Notes: generated from the letters alone by a model not told the origin. Shown: positions 47,785 to 60,260, counted from the stretch's first letter. The stretch is 64,000 nt of DNA from Sphaerodactylus townsendi (GCF_021028975.2 NC_059437.1:54746001-54810000); one strand, 5' to 3'. Translations and numbers: made by a program.

Positions 47785-50700
47785 CTAGAGCAAAAAAAAA
47801 AAGATGTTTAAAAAATGATTAATGGATTTGACCCAAAGAAAGGGATAAAGTCAACGGAACTGCTCACATGTCTTTATCTACTCCTTCAGCAAACACCTTT
47901 CACTCAAGAGAGCGGTCTTCCATGCATATCAACTGCACACACGAAGTAAACACTATCCATCCCATAATATACAAGGGGTAAGTTGAATCCATTCTCAGCA
48001 TACTTTTGCCTTGCCACAGTAATTCAAATTCAAAGACAGAATCTCCAGTAGACAACTGTCACATATAATTTTCCACAATGCAGTAAGCTTATCTCTGCAT
48101 TTAATGCAGTAAGCTTGCCTACTGACAATATAGTAAAAACAATCCCCTTGGGACTTCAAAACATTTCAGAACAATTAGTGACAACTTAACAAGTGATCAC
48201 AGATAACGTACCTTGATACCCATCAGTTTTCTAAATTTGACATTTTGGTCCTTATTTCCAAAGTTCAGTTTCTCCCAGATTTCTGCTGATTGTGATTTAT
48301 CCTGCAAAAACATAAGAACGTGATATGTGTGTTGTTTTCAGCCAACTAGAGTTTATAGATAATGCTACCAAGGAGTCAATGTTTAAGACATGCAGCACAT
48401 GGGAAACAACTCACAAATCTTAACAAACTTTCAGAAAAAATCTGTGTGGAAGCCTGCTTAACCTCTCCATTCACTTCAAAAAGAAAGAGCTGCAGGTCTT
48501 CTGGCCAGGCAAGTTATATTTACAACCCATAGTTACTACAAAACAAATATCCTTGAACTGCTTATAAGGAGGCTGTTTTAAACATCAGCCAATCAAATGC
48601 AGAACATATTGCCTCTGTGTTCAGACAAGATTCTTGAAGCTGTGATGAAAACAAAACCCTCTGGTAGCATTCTCTAAATCCTAGATTTCTAAGGTGCTAG
48701 AATCCTAACTTCAAACCTTGTACTTGCAGAAGCATTACTACCAAATGGCTAAATATTTCAGGAGTAGGATGTTGTGGGTTTTCCGGATTGTATGGCCGTG
48801 TTCCAGTAGCATTTTCTCCTAACGTTTCACCTGCATCTGTGGCTGGCATCTTCAAAGGAGATCCTTTGAAGATGCCAGCCACAGATGCAGACGAAAAATC
48901 AGGATAAAATGCTACTGGAACACAGCCATACAACCCGGAAAACCCATAACACCATAGTGATTCCGGCCAAGGAAGCCTTCAACAATACTTCAAGAGTGTG
49001 TTTGCTGATAAAGGGCCCCTTCTTGAAACACGACGCACACATGACATAGAGGTGTGTGCTTTTATGAATTGACTTCCATGAACAAATCAGAGAAACTAGG
49101 CACAAAATTACCCCTTCTTTTTTGCCTTGCCACAGCATTTTCCGCTTCTTCTCCTGTTCTGCAAACTTCATTGGATTCACTGCTGCTGGGTTATAATAAC
49201 TTGGAACAGCTATTCCTGTCTCTGCCAAAGCCTTTGCCTGCAGGGCCGCCATTTGAGCCGCCATCGCAATCTGAGGAGTGACCTGTGTCCCGGAGGCCAG
49301 GAGAGCAGCGACGTTGATGACAGAACTTCCAGTAGCAGCTGCCGCTAAAATAAACATTGACATTTTATACAAGAGAAAGCATTTAACCGTTCCCCACCTT
49401 GATTAGACATGAGAAAAACATAACCCACAATATTCACAAGAATTTGTACAAATTAGGCACCTGCCAAGAGTAAGAAGCTTTCAGTTGGTCACCACTTAGC
49501 ATTTGCCTGATGGTGCAACTATTTTGGGGCCTGACTGAAAGAGTCCTAAAAACACAGCTTTAGAATAGCATTGCTTCCTACAAAACTGCCAATAATTACA
49601 ATAAAACAAAAGTTACTTTCTTTTTTTAAAGTTTTCCATTTCAAAGTTACTATTTTTCTAGTTCTATGGTAACTTATTTTTTCTGAAGTAGAATTTGTCA
49701 CAGATTCATAACTATTACGCCAACAGCTGAAAAAGAATTACCAGCAACCATTTCCTGTTGCTTCTGTTTTTCAACAAGCTCTTTCTCCCTCTGTTCTTGA
49801 AGTTTTTTTGCTCTCTCCAATCTAGAAATAGAAATGCAGAAGCAATGAGTTAATAAAAGATTTTTATCTTGTCCCACATTAGTTAAAAATGCCACCACCG
49901 ACCAAGGGTGAACAACATGCTATCTCTGAAGTGCCTAGCTGCAAAATTTAAACTCTAGATCAGTGATTCTCAACCAGGGTTCCGTGGTACCCTGGGGTAC
50001 CATGAGCACGTCCCAGGGGTACCATGACAATGCTACTGCCTGCCCGCCCCCCACCGGAATCAAATGGATTTTGAAAGGGGGGGGGTTTGGAAGCTTCATG
50101 GGCTCCCTTTAAACAACACTGCAAAACAGCATTGTTTTATTTGCCTAAATTCGGTGTACACTGGGGGGGGTGCGGGGTAGATTTAAACGGAGCTCTCCCT
50201 TTAAATTCCCCCAATCCATGTTGAATGTAGGCAAACAAGCAACGCGGCTGTCAATGCTGCTTTCCCTCCCCTCCCCCTGCTTGCCACTCCCCCCACCTAC
50301 AGGCCAAAAACGGAAAAAAATCTAAAAAAAATCTAAAAAAATTCAAATGAACCTCAGGGGTACCCTGAGATATGAAGAGTGAGGTCAAGGGTACCACGAT
50401 GTCGAAAAGGTTGGGAAACACTGCTCTAGATACTAAGATTTTTTTAATAGCTTAAACAGCTTACTGCATTTCATTATTTCAGGGTTTGGGGGGGGGGAAG
50501 GCTAACTGCAGTATCCATGAGTCAAAATTCATTAACATGCAATATTTCTAGCTTTCAGATCTATAAGACAGACTGTACTGTCAGTGCATGCTCAGGAACA
50601 AAATGGTTTTACATGGACCTTCTAACAATTCTCTGCCCCATTAAAACAGCTGCACTGATTGTCAATTGAATTCTTGGTGATATTCAAGGTGTTGGTTATT

Positions 50701-53700
50701 ACCTTTAAAGCCCTACCCCACTCCTCCACATGAGCTGTGGAGTCTTACTTGGTGAACCAGATGTTTCTCCACTCCTACATTCCTGCTGGGTAACCTTGGG
50801 CTGGTCACAGTTCATTCAGAATTCTCTCAGCCCCACCTACCTCACAAGGTGTCTGTTGTGAGGAGAGGAAGGGAAAAGGAGTTTGCAAGCTGCCTTGAGT
50901 CTCCTTACAAGAGAAAGGGGGGTAAAAATCCAAACTCTTATCTAAGGGACCACCTCCTCCCATATAGTCCCCCGCAACTGCTCCGCGCTTCATCAAGCAG
51001 TTCACTGAGGGTATCAGGACCCTGTGAAGTATGTCTCCCACCAGGTCTAGAGCACTTTCGGTGGTAGCTCCCTCCTGGTGGAATGCTCTGTGGGGGAGAT
51101 CTGTGCCCTACTGGATTTATCTCAGTTCTACAGGGCCTGCGAAATGGAACTCGTCCAACAGGAGTTCCTCCAGATTTATGCCACTGGTTTGGTCTGTTAC
51201 CCTCAGTGTAACTGCTGGCCAGTTTGATGCCTATGACTCCTAGTGCTGAATACTGTTATGCTGGAATAAGTTTTAGTTTTTAATTTTAATTTATACCTTG
51301 TGATATTTACTGTATTGTAAACCACCCTGAACTTTGGAAGGATGGTACAGAAATCTAATAAATGAATAAAAATGATGGTATTAGATTTCTGCAGAGATCT
51401 GTCTCTCTCTTATGCATCCTGATGGACCTTCACCTTGCCATATCGCATCTACATCAGATCTCTTCCATTTTGAGAACCTCACTAATAAAGTCTTACAACT
51501 TCAAAGCCTCAATTGGCATAATCAATAATAAAGTCAAAGATTTAGATATTTTCTGAAAAGGTGCACCTGCAGTATTACAGAATTAACATTAGCGGGAGGA
51601 GAATGGTGACAACTGCCCTCTCAAGGCTAGAATGCTGCAGCACTACTTCATTATAAAGTTAGTAAGCCGTTAATTTCCATATCTTCAGACAAAGAAAAGT
51701 CTATACCTTCTGGCCAGAGCTTCTTGGGCATCCATTGCTGTATTTCGCCCCCTAAAGGGTGGAGGGCTAGGCGTTCTGCTGTGACTTCTGCTGAATCTTT
51801 TGGGTTTTTCAGGTCTCTTCTTTCTTTCTCTACAAGCAGGCATTTTAAAACATGTTTCAAAGGAAGTTTCAAAACTGTTCATGGTTGTTTAAATAAATTA
51901 ACCTTCATCTAACTGCCATGATACACTCTTAATTTCAAAAGTGCTGTAGCCACCCCATGATGGTCACTTCTTTACAAAAAGCAGACAAACCTACCTGCTT
52001 CTACTCCTGGTTCTGCTCCTGCTCCGACTTCTATGCCTGTGTCTAGATCTTGATCGAGAACGTGATCTTACACGCCGCTTTTTATCTCTGCTTCGAGAAC
52101 GTGACTTTTTTCTATCACGGCTTCTACTACGATGACGCCTGAAAACACATTCCAAATTTCTTATACTTCCCAGCTTGACAATTCTCTTTTAATTGAAGCA
52201 AAATACAATTAAAACATTACACTGTATTTTCGCAGTAACAGAAGTTGATATATTTTTCGCTTCTCATCAACAAACAGCACATTCATCTAAAAAACCAAAT
52301 CAATGACCTGAACTCTACTAAGTATTTCCAAAACATAACAGAAATTATTTCAGAATTGATCAAAGAGGATCACAGTAAGTGGTAATTCAAGACTCTGACT
52401 GTCCAAGTCCAATTAGCAGATGAAGTGCTTGAGGGTATCAAACAAGTCACACAAGCATCGTGACAAAAATATCACATTGGCACTCCAATTCTAACACACA
52501 AACCTGCCAAAGAAATGCTGGAGCAAACATTCAGGGCATTTTCATTTCATTTCATTTTAACCTTTAATGGCATATAATTCAGGGCATTTAATTCATGAAA
52601 AATTAAACTAAATTAGTCAGTAATAAATTAATGCTGGAGACTTTAAAATTGCATACTCCTTCTAAGCAGCACACAAAACTTTTCTCAGAATCCCTCAAAA
52701 AAAGTCATAACCATCAGAAGAAAGGTTATCCAAAAAGTGCTAAACAATCTACCTTTCACGAGACCTAGACCTTGAATGACTCCTTCCTCTTGAGGATTTT
52801 CTCTCTTTGCGCTTATGCCGATCCTCACCATTTTCGGAGGTACTCAGGCTGTCTCTTCCTTTGTCAGAAGAGTGCTCTTTGTCATTATGGTCTTCCGATT
52901 TGTGCTTTTTGGATGACTTTTCTTTGGACCCGTGTCTTCTTGCCTGTTTTAAGAAGAAGTTGGTTCTTTCAGGAAAATAGTGCAACAAAGAGAGTTAGTA
53001 TGGGCATCAGTAGATAAAGAATGATATGTTGTGATGCAACATTAGTAACCTTAGGAGTGTGGGCCAGTCAACTGTAATGGCTTTAACACCACCATCTACC
53101 CAATGTTGCATATTCGCACTATCATTCCTCCCCCCTCTGCTATCCTCCCCATTTAAACCTTTTATGCAGCCTGGTTCTCATACCAAGACTGGCTTTACAG
53201 CATTGTACAGAACAGTCCCTCTCAATGATTGGTTACACTAAGTATAGTGGTAAGAAAATGGCTCTGCTTCCTAACAATACAAAGAGGATGGGATGGTGAC
53301 AAGTAGTAACTGGTGAACACATCAGCAACTATGAAGATAACTTGAAAGTAGCTCTATAGGCCATCCTTTGAGAGGCACTAACAGTTTGTATTTGCCAGGC
53401 ATCTTCAGCTGTAAAGTCTTAAGTAACAGGTAGTCAATATGACCAGACTACATTATTTTAAGCACGTTGTGCTCATGTAGTTTGGTTTCACCCACACTAT
53501 TTGGTGGGACTATCTGCAGGCATCCCTCTTGGCAGTACATTTTATATGTACACATTTCTTCCCCCAAGACTAAAAACCCTACATAAAAATAAGGGTAAAT
53601 CTGGTTGTCGCCTCAACCTAAACCTAATAAAAAACACTGTGCATGTTTACAATTCATCAACTTGCTGCTGAAGTCAGTTACATTTAGACAGCATGCATCA

Positions 53701-56700
53701 TCTTCACATTCTAAGATAAAAAGCAGTTTCTAAAAACAGGTCAATTTTGGCTTCTTCCCTGTCACTAATACAACCACTGAAGAAAGATGTTTAGAACTAA
53801 TCATGAAATAAAAACACAATGTCTCTCCCTATTAAGTGCCCACTAACATGAAATGAATCACATTAGGCAGAGGTGAATTGTGAATTTGATATTATGGGGT
53901 AGGTCTACATATTTGTACACTACCCCATCCTCTTTTATCATTGTAAATTACACCACTGTGGTAAAAAGCCAATGAGTCATTCAACACCTATTACAGACAT
54001 AAAGGCTCTGGCCTACATTAAAAATGTTGGGCCAAAAATCCAAAACAATTTCATGTAACAAATTCTTCCCCCTAAATTTAAGATCTCAAATGCATGAGAA
54101 GTTTTCTTTATGTCACAAACACAGAAAAACCATTCTTAAAAACATCATTTTTTAAAAAGTGTATCTAACCAAAAGATTAAACATCAATAAAGTCTGTGTA
54201 AACATGATGGAGAAGTTTTTTCTAAACACATACTAAAAACCACCATTATATCCCATAACCAACTTAAGTTTCTTTTTTAAGGGAAANNNNNNNNNNNNNN
54301 NNNNNNNNNNNNNNNNNNNNNNNNNNNNNNNNNNNNNNNNNNNNNNNNNNNNNNNNNNNNNNNNNNNNNNNNNNNNNNNNNNNNNNNNNNNNNNNNNNNN
54401 NNNNNNNNNNNNNNNNNNNNNNNNNNNNNNNNNNATATAGTCAATTTCACAAATACTCTTCTAGTTTTTTTTAACAGCTTCCATTGGGAATGGGAAAGAA
54501 GTCCAAGGCACTCCCATTAGATTTTCCATTTTTCTAGTTTAACACAAGCTCAGTAGAACTTTACTTTCTAACACTGATGACTGCATGGGTTAGGGGTGGG
54601 TGGGAAATAATCTCCCCTAGGTAACTGCCTTACCTAGCAATATTATTGCAACCATTGCCTCACCAAACAATGTTATCAATAGTGCTGTATCTCATTCCCC
54701 TTGGATTTCTTTAGGGTGATAGTTACTTCTAGGAACCCTCTGCTTTTCCCTATAATTTCAGGACCATGGCATAGAACTAAGTAGGGTCTAAGGTCAAGAA
54801 GGACAAAAGGATTTTGCAAATTCTGAGCTCTGATCATGTAGCAGAAGGCACAAAAACTTTGCTCAATGGAAGATCTGTTAGAACCAAATAAACCAAACTC
54901 TATTTTGCCACAGTAATTTTAATTGTAGGCTGATTCCACAGTTAATTTGAGAGAATTTTTGTCCACTATTACCTTTGGTCAAAATGATGGCTTCAGTCAT
55001 GCTTCTCACTCCAAACACATTTTCTTTGAATTTACAAGGGTTTTTTCCCCCGTACTTACCATTAAGCCAATTAAATACAAGTTTACACATGCTATGACAT
55101 ACATATAAATATGTCAGGTACAATTACCTAAACACTACAAAGTATTAATTACCTCTTTGCTTCTGCTCCGGCTTCTGTACTTTTTCCCGTCATTATCTAA
55201 GAAAATAAAAATGTTCATTAATCATCAAATAAAGCAGCCTGAAAAAACTTTATATTCAGTCTAAAAACAACACATATTAAAATACACCCTACAAAAGTTG
55301 TCTCAGTATTTAAGCAGCCTAACAGCCCAATCCAGAGCTGCCCTGTGGGTGGGAACAGGGCCACTTCAGCACCACCCCATACCCTTCAAAGGGCTGTCTG
55401 TGGCGTATGTCCAAGCCCTGCTTGGCAGGTGGAAAGGTGCTGGACGGCAACTAAAGTCGGCTTCACCCCTGGGAACAACCCCGCCATGCTGATGTAGTGT
55501 GGGGCGATGGGGAAGCACAGGTGGAGAGCTGGTGCCCAGCTGCGGCCAGCGTAAGTGCCCCTCGACTGGCATAAACCCACACTGCATCCAGAGGGGGACT
55601 CAGCTGCTCCCTCTGGATTGGGCTGCTCAGCTAATAAAATTTAGACTAATTTCTATTTTCATCCTCTATTACTTTTTTATTCAACAAATTACATGTTAGT
55701 ATGGAAAAGTTTAAAGCATGAAGAAGTTCAATATTTTTAGAAAGGCTTCAGAGGTGAAATCTAATTTAACTGCTACTTGATAGAAGAATATGGTCGAAGA
55801 ACAATTTTTCAGATATGCAGAGGTTTTTGAATATGACAAAACAGCAAAAAGAAAAAGTGGCAATAATGGACATGACCATCAAAGTCAATATTGTCTGCAA
55901 TAAGAAATACAAGACTTAGCAATAATTACAAATTAGTTCCAGATCTTACCATAGAGGCTTCCTGGAGGCAAGAAGATGCTTGCAATGCAAAAAAGCCTCC
56001 CTGCTGCCAGGAAGCCGCCATCAGGCTTAATGGACTTATGCCACCTTTTTGGTGGCTGTCAATGTGATGGGCGAGCTGTGGTGGCCACATGTCAGCAGAT
56101 TTGCTCCTCTGCTGGGGCAAGTGCCCTGAGGAGGGCAAATCCACCAGTGCAGCTGCAAGCTGCTCCCACTGATGGATTCAGCCCCCTCCCTTTATATGGG
56201 GCTGTTAATTTAAATGAAATTTATAGTTAATTCAGTAAAATCAACAGACCTAGACTGGAGAAAATCTGCAGAGGATTTTGCTACACAGGTAAACATGCTT
56301 AGTACAGATATCCCCAAGTAGACAAAACATTTGAATTTTATAACTTTGGAGCCTTCTGTACCTGATTTCCGTTTTCTCTCTCTTGAATGTGAACGTGACC
56401 TTGATAAATGATGCTTTGACGTTCTAGGAGAACTAGATGAATCTGAATGTTCTTTTTTCTTCTCTCTGTCAGGAGATGACTTTTCAGGGGCTGCTGCCTC
56501 TCGCTCTGTATCACTAGCCTATTTCAAAACGGAATTAAACTCATATGTAATTCCAGGCCACTTAACATGTGTTTGAAATTCACATGTCTTAAGCACCTGT
56601 CTATATACAACTTTATGTTAATGGTACCTATAAGGTTATGTTTCTCAAGTGCAGCTACATTCTAGATACTGATTAGATACACAAGACACACCCCTCTAAG

Positions 56701-59700
56701 ACACTGAAAAGAACAATAGTACAAGAATATACTACAGGAAGTGAGAAATCAAACACAGTGGAAGTTCATAATTTTTATAAGACAAATGCAGATATTTATT
56801 TTTATTTATTTATTTTATTATTTGGGTTTATAAACCCCCCTCCCCCGAAGGGCTCAGGGCGGTGTACAACATAGATAGAGCACAGCATCAAGTTAAATAC
56901 AATAAATATAGATTAAAACAGCTCTAATAAAAATAAACCCTACCCCGTTTAAAATGCAGCATTTATTAACTAAAGATGGCGCCTGCTATCAATTCCCATA
57001 AACCCCAAAAAGGAAGGGGTGGCAGGATCTCCGATGTCATAAAGGAGGGAGAGGAAAAGGAGGGCCCCTTATCAACGGCTAATCTCCCCAAAGGCCCGGT
57101 GGAACATTATTATGAATATTATGATGGATAGCTAGCAAACATTTGTTCCAAAAACTAATTCTTCAGCAAGCTTGTCTAATATGACTTGTAAGCTTTTATT
57201 GTGAACTGTGCCTTGCCCAAAAGAGCCTGAGTGTATGGAAATTCCTGGGGCTGAGAAAAATATAATGGGCTAACACACTAGCCAGAGTTTGCTAGCTACC
57301 CATGATAACATTTGTCTTGTTATAAACATTACAAAGTTGTACTTTGTTTCAATTTCTCAATCCATCTAGTATGCTATATGCCATTAAAGGTTAAATTGAT
57401 TTGAATCCATCTAGTATGTTCTTGTACCTTTGTTCTTTTTTCTGCATTCTAGTTACTGACAATTTAATCATTTAAAGCATTGTGGTGCCAGGTTTTTCAA
57501 AAACCAACAACATCCAAAACTATTTGACATGACTGGGCTCAGGCTGCGTATTCCAGAAATATGATAAAATCTTATTAACAAATGTTAGTCTACAGCACAT
57601 TAAATTAACCAATTTCCATCATTCTGACATAAAGGGGCTTGTGAAACTATCATACTTGAATGCTCATCCTAGCCCTGACCGATGTAATAAGATTATTTTA
57701 ATCTAATTCACTTCCAACTAAATTCCAAAGGTGAAATTCCAAAGTGATATTTTTGAAACCCCTTACCCAATTCAGAAAATATGGAAAAAGCAGCTTGCAA
57801 GGTTGTTTTTTTTTAACTAAACAGCAACTTTTCCTTCTCAGGAAAAATATCTTTTGACTTAAACAACAAAAAACTAATCAATCATTGGCCAGTTACATTT
57901 TCCCCAGGTTCTATCAATTCCCACAACTGGTGGGTCAAATGTAGCAAATCTGTTCTATTTTTATTACCAAAGTGAATACAATGGTCTTTGGGACACTCAT
58001 GTTTTCGATAACTAGTCTACAACTCAATTATACTATGCACTTTCCAACTGGAAGCCTACCTTTAAACACATTTGATTTTCAAGTGTCAACAGAGCACCAC
58101 CAACTGAAGGGGGATTCCATCCTCCTGTGACAGCTCCCCCTCCCCCTCCAGCTCTGAGCTTATTTTACCAGAATTCAGCAAAACCCAGATTTCTTCCATG
58201 TCTCTGCCCCCACACCATACACCATTTTAATGTCCTTTAGGTGATCTCTTGAGAGTTTAACAAAAGCTTTCAATACCTAGACACTGAAAATGTGAAGGGC
58301 TTTCAATTTACCAAATAAAGGCCCCTTGATTAGCACAAGGGGATTGTCTCCTACAGTTGAACCGCCTACAATTTTGACATTCAGAATTAGAAGAACTAAG
58401 GATGGAGGAGTAGGCAATTTTTTGTGCATATTCCACTTTATTAAATAATATCAGCAATTAATTGGTGAACAGGATACTCTTTTTAAAAAGTTACTGTGTG
58501 TGATCAGCAAAGAATACCATTTCAGTTACAATGAAAAGGTGGTGGGATGTGGGGGAAACCTCCAGAAAGACTGGAGGACAGGCTTTCCCTGTTTTTTCTC
58601 TTTTGAGGGGGAAACTTTTCAATTTTCTTAAAGAAAAACTGGAAAAGTTGGGGGAGTGCTAAAAACAAAAATGTGCTTCAACTGAAATACGCAAAATGCT
58701 CCTAAAGACAATGTTGTACTCAAAAGTACTTGAACACACTGCCTATGCCCTTAGCCAATACATACAAGGGCACATGCCACATATTTTCAATGTTTTGCTT
58801 AAATGCTTCAGAAGGTAGCAGTGTTGATCTGTCATTGAGGAGCCGGATTCAAGTTCATTGTTATTTAGAGATGAGATTTCCAGGGCGTTAAGCTTTCAAG
58901 GTGCAAAGCCCCCTAGGCCAAGCAGGTCACCATTTCAAAGGGATGCAAAGTCTAAAATTCCCATTACAATAAATCTCGCACACGTGATCTACACGCATTA
59001 AATACAAATCGGGCTTGCTAAATCAGGTGACCCTGAATACATTTAGAATCTGGGAACTGTCTTGATCCAGAACTTTCTGCACAATTTCCTCAGGCCAATT
59101 CATAAGGAAAACTTGTCTGGTGCAGAGCTTCCCATCGGGTTTGTACAAGAAAATGTTTCCAGGAAAGTGGCTTCGATTCACCTCTTCGGCCATAAACTCA
59201 TAGGAAGCTTTCATCACCTCTCTCTCTCTCTCTGGCTCACCCCCGCCCCGTCATCTTCAATACAGGACGACCACTGCTGGCCCACCTCACAGGGCCGTTG
59301 TGACGGTTACTGAGACGCCTGTGGAACCGCAAGGGCAGCGCTAATACAGAAAATCAATCGAGTAGGAAATATAAACGCTGAACGAAATTCGTCTGGATCG
59401 GGTGAAACAGGGAACCGGGGGAAAAGGCCAATGCCCAGGCCTTTCTTTTAAAAACCCGAACAGTATCATAACACAGCTACGCTTTTCAAAAACAAAGCCC
59501 TCCTGCGAGCATCCCATAATAAGCCAGACCCCCCTTCCCCAGAATCCGGTCCAAAAGGACAAGACGGGCGGAAACTTCGAGAAGGGGGCAGCCGCTTTCT
59601 CCCGTCGGCCCACCAGGCCCATCATGGCGGCTGCGCTGAGGGGAGGAGAAGGGACGAGGAGGAGGAGACGGGCGCCATCTTGTCTCCCTCCGCCCGGCTC

Positions 59701-59781
59701 GCCCTGAGACCTCTCCCGGGGAAAAAGACCCGACGCCGCTCCGGCTCCCTCCTCCCCGGCGAAGGCCTCACTCACCGCCAT
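47605..59781 (-). CDS. RSRC2: RSRC2, arginine/serine-rich coiled-coil 2; complete, 10 coding exons, 1248 nt, 415 aa
   Basis: Exons splice in frame: MA|ASDTERE..., RS-rich region, AMDAQEALARRLERAKKLQEQRE, C-terminal ...AQYEMARSQTHTQRGMGLGFTSSMRGMDAV*. Confidence 0.97.
48212..48301 (-). CDS. RSRC2: RSRC2 exon 9
   Basis: DKSQSAEIWEKLNFGNKDQNVKFRKLMGIK. Confidence 0.95.
48766..48983. mobile_element. Palindromic Penelope-derived element with two hammerhead-like motifs
   Basis: About 90-bp inverted arms around 48860; flanks AATATTTCAGGAGT / AATACTTCAAGAGT. Confidence 0.8.
49112..49344 (-). CDS. RSRC2: RSRC2 exon 8
   Basis: AAATGSSVINVAALLASGTQVTPQIAMAAQ...KRKMLWQGKKEG. Confidence 0.94.
49742..49821 (-). 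CDS. RSRC2: RSRC2 exon 7
   Basis: LERAKKLQEQREKELVEKQKQQEMVA. Confidence 0.94.
49961..50423. mobile_element. Non-autonomous hAT (Charlie-group) element
   Basis: TIRs CAGTGATTCTCAACC / GGTTGGGAAACACTG; perfect 8-bp TSD CTCTAGAT. Confidence 0.9.
51707..51829 (-). CDS. RSRC2: RSRC2 exon 6
   Basis: ERKKRPEKPKRFSRSHSRTPSPPPFRGRNTAMDAQEALAR(R). Confidence 0.94.
51995..52138 (-). CDS. RSRC2: RSRC2 exon 5 (RS repeats)
   Basis: RHRSRSRDRKKSRSRSRDKKRRVRSRSRSRSRHRHRSRSRSRTRSRS(R). Confidence 0.93.
52753..52943 (-). CDS. RSRC2: RSRC2 exon 4
   Basis: ARRHGSKEKSSKKHKSEDHNDKEHSSDKG...RSHSRSRSRE(R). Confidence 0.94.
54287..54434. other. Assembly gap (148 N) in RSRC2 intron 3
   Basis: Run of n. Confidence 1.
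55153..55196 (-). CDS. RSRC2: RSRC2 exon 3
   Basis: (D)NDGKKYRSRSRSKE. Confidence 0.92.
55323..55625. mobile_element. MITE with 15-bp TIR CAGCCCAATCCAGAG
   Basis: Perfect terminal inverted repeat; superfamily not determined. Confidence 0.7.
56362..56518 (-). CDS. RSRC2: RSRC2 exon 2
   Basis: ASDTEREAAAPEKSSPDREKKKEHSDSSSSPRTSKHHLSRSRSHSRERKRKS. Confidence 0.93.
56793..57110 (-). mobile_element. L2-type LINE 3' end
   Basis: (TTTA)n followed by CCCCGAAGGGCTCAGGGCGGTGTACAAC, the reverse of the 30900-30970 tail. Confidence 0.7.
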
Positions 59782-60260
59782 GTCGCGGCGCTGGGCCGGT
59801 GGCGACGGGGCCCTCCTCGCCCGCCTCACAACGGCGCTCCGTCCGGCCTCGCCCCGCCGAGCAGCTCCCGACGTTTCCCGAGCCTCCACCGACTGAGGCG
59901 ACCCGACGGCCCCGCCCACTCCTCAGGATCCCCGGATGTCGCGGGCGGGCGGGAGCGGGGAAGCGCCGCCTCCGCCGCCCGCTTTGAGCCGAGGCGGGAA
60001 CGCCGGAGCGCGCGGCCTGCTCGTTTGTGCGCCCGCTGAGGAGAGCCGAGTTCCCGCCAATTCCGTTCTGGCTGAGGTGGCGGCGACGGCGGCGGCTGGT
60101 TCTGTCTTGCCGGTCCCGCCGCGTCGTGGGGAGGAGGAGGACAGGCGTGTGGGGTGGATGGTCTCTCCCAAATCTTTTGGTAGGCGGGAATCCAACCGGT
60201 GAAGCTCCTCGTCCCTCTTGCCCATTCCCTCAGCCGTTTCTCCGCTTTGAGGCGACTCAC
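59560..60260. promoter_or_regulatory. Bidirectional CpG-island promoter of RSRC2 (-) and KNTC1 (+), with E2F and YY1 motifs
   Basis: CpG-rich; E2F-type GGCGGGAA at 59993-60000 and 60183-60190, TTCCCGCCAA at 60051-60060; YY1-type CAAGATGGCG (reverse) near 59673-59682; candidate KNTC1 exon-1 donor CCG|GTGAAG at 60199. Confidence 0.8.
59776..59781 (-). CDS. RSRC2: RSRC2 exon 1 coding part (ATG GCG)
   Basis: ATGGCG|GTGAGT in the CpG island. Confidence 0.88.
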
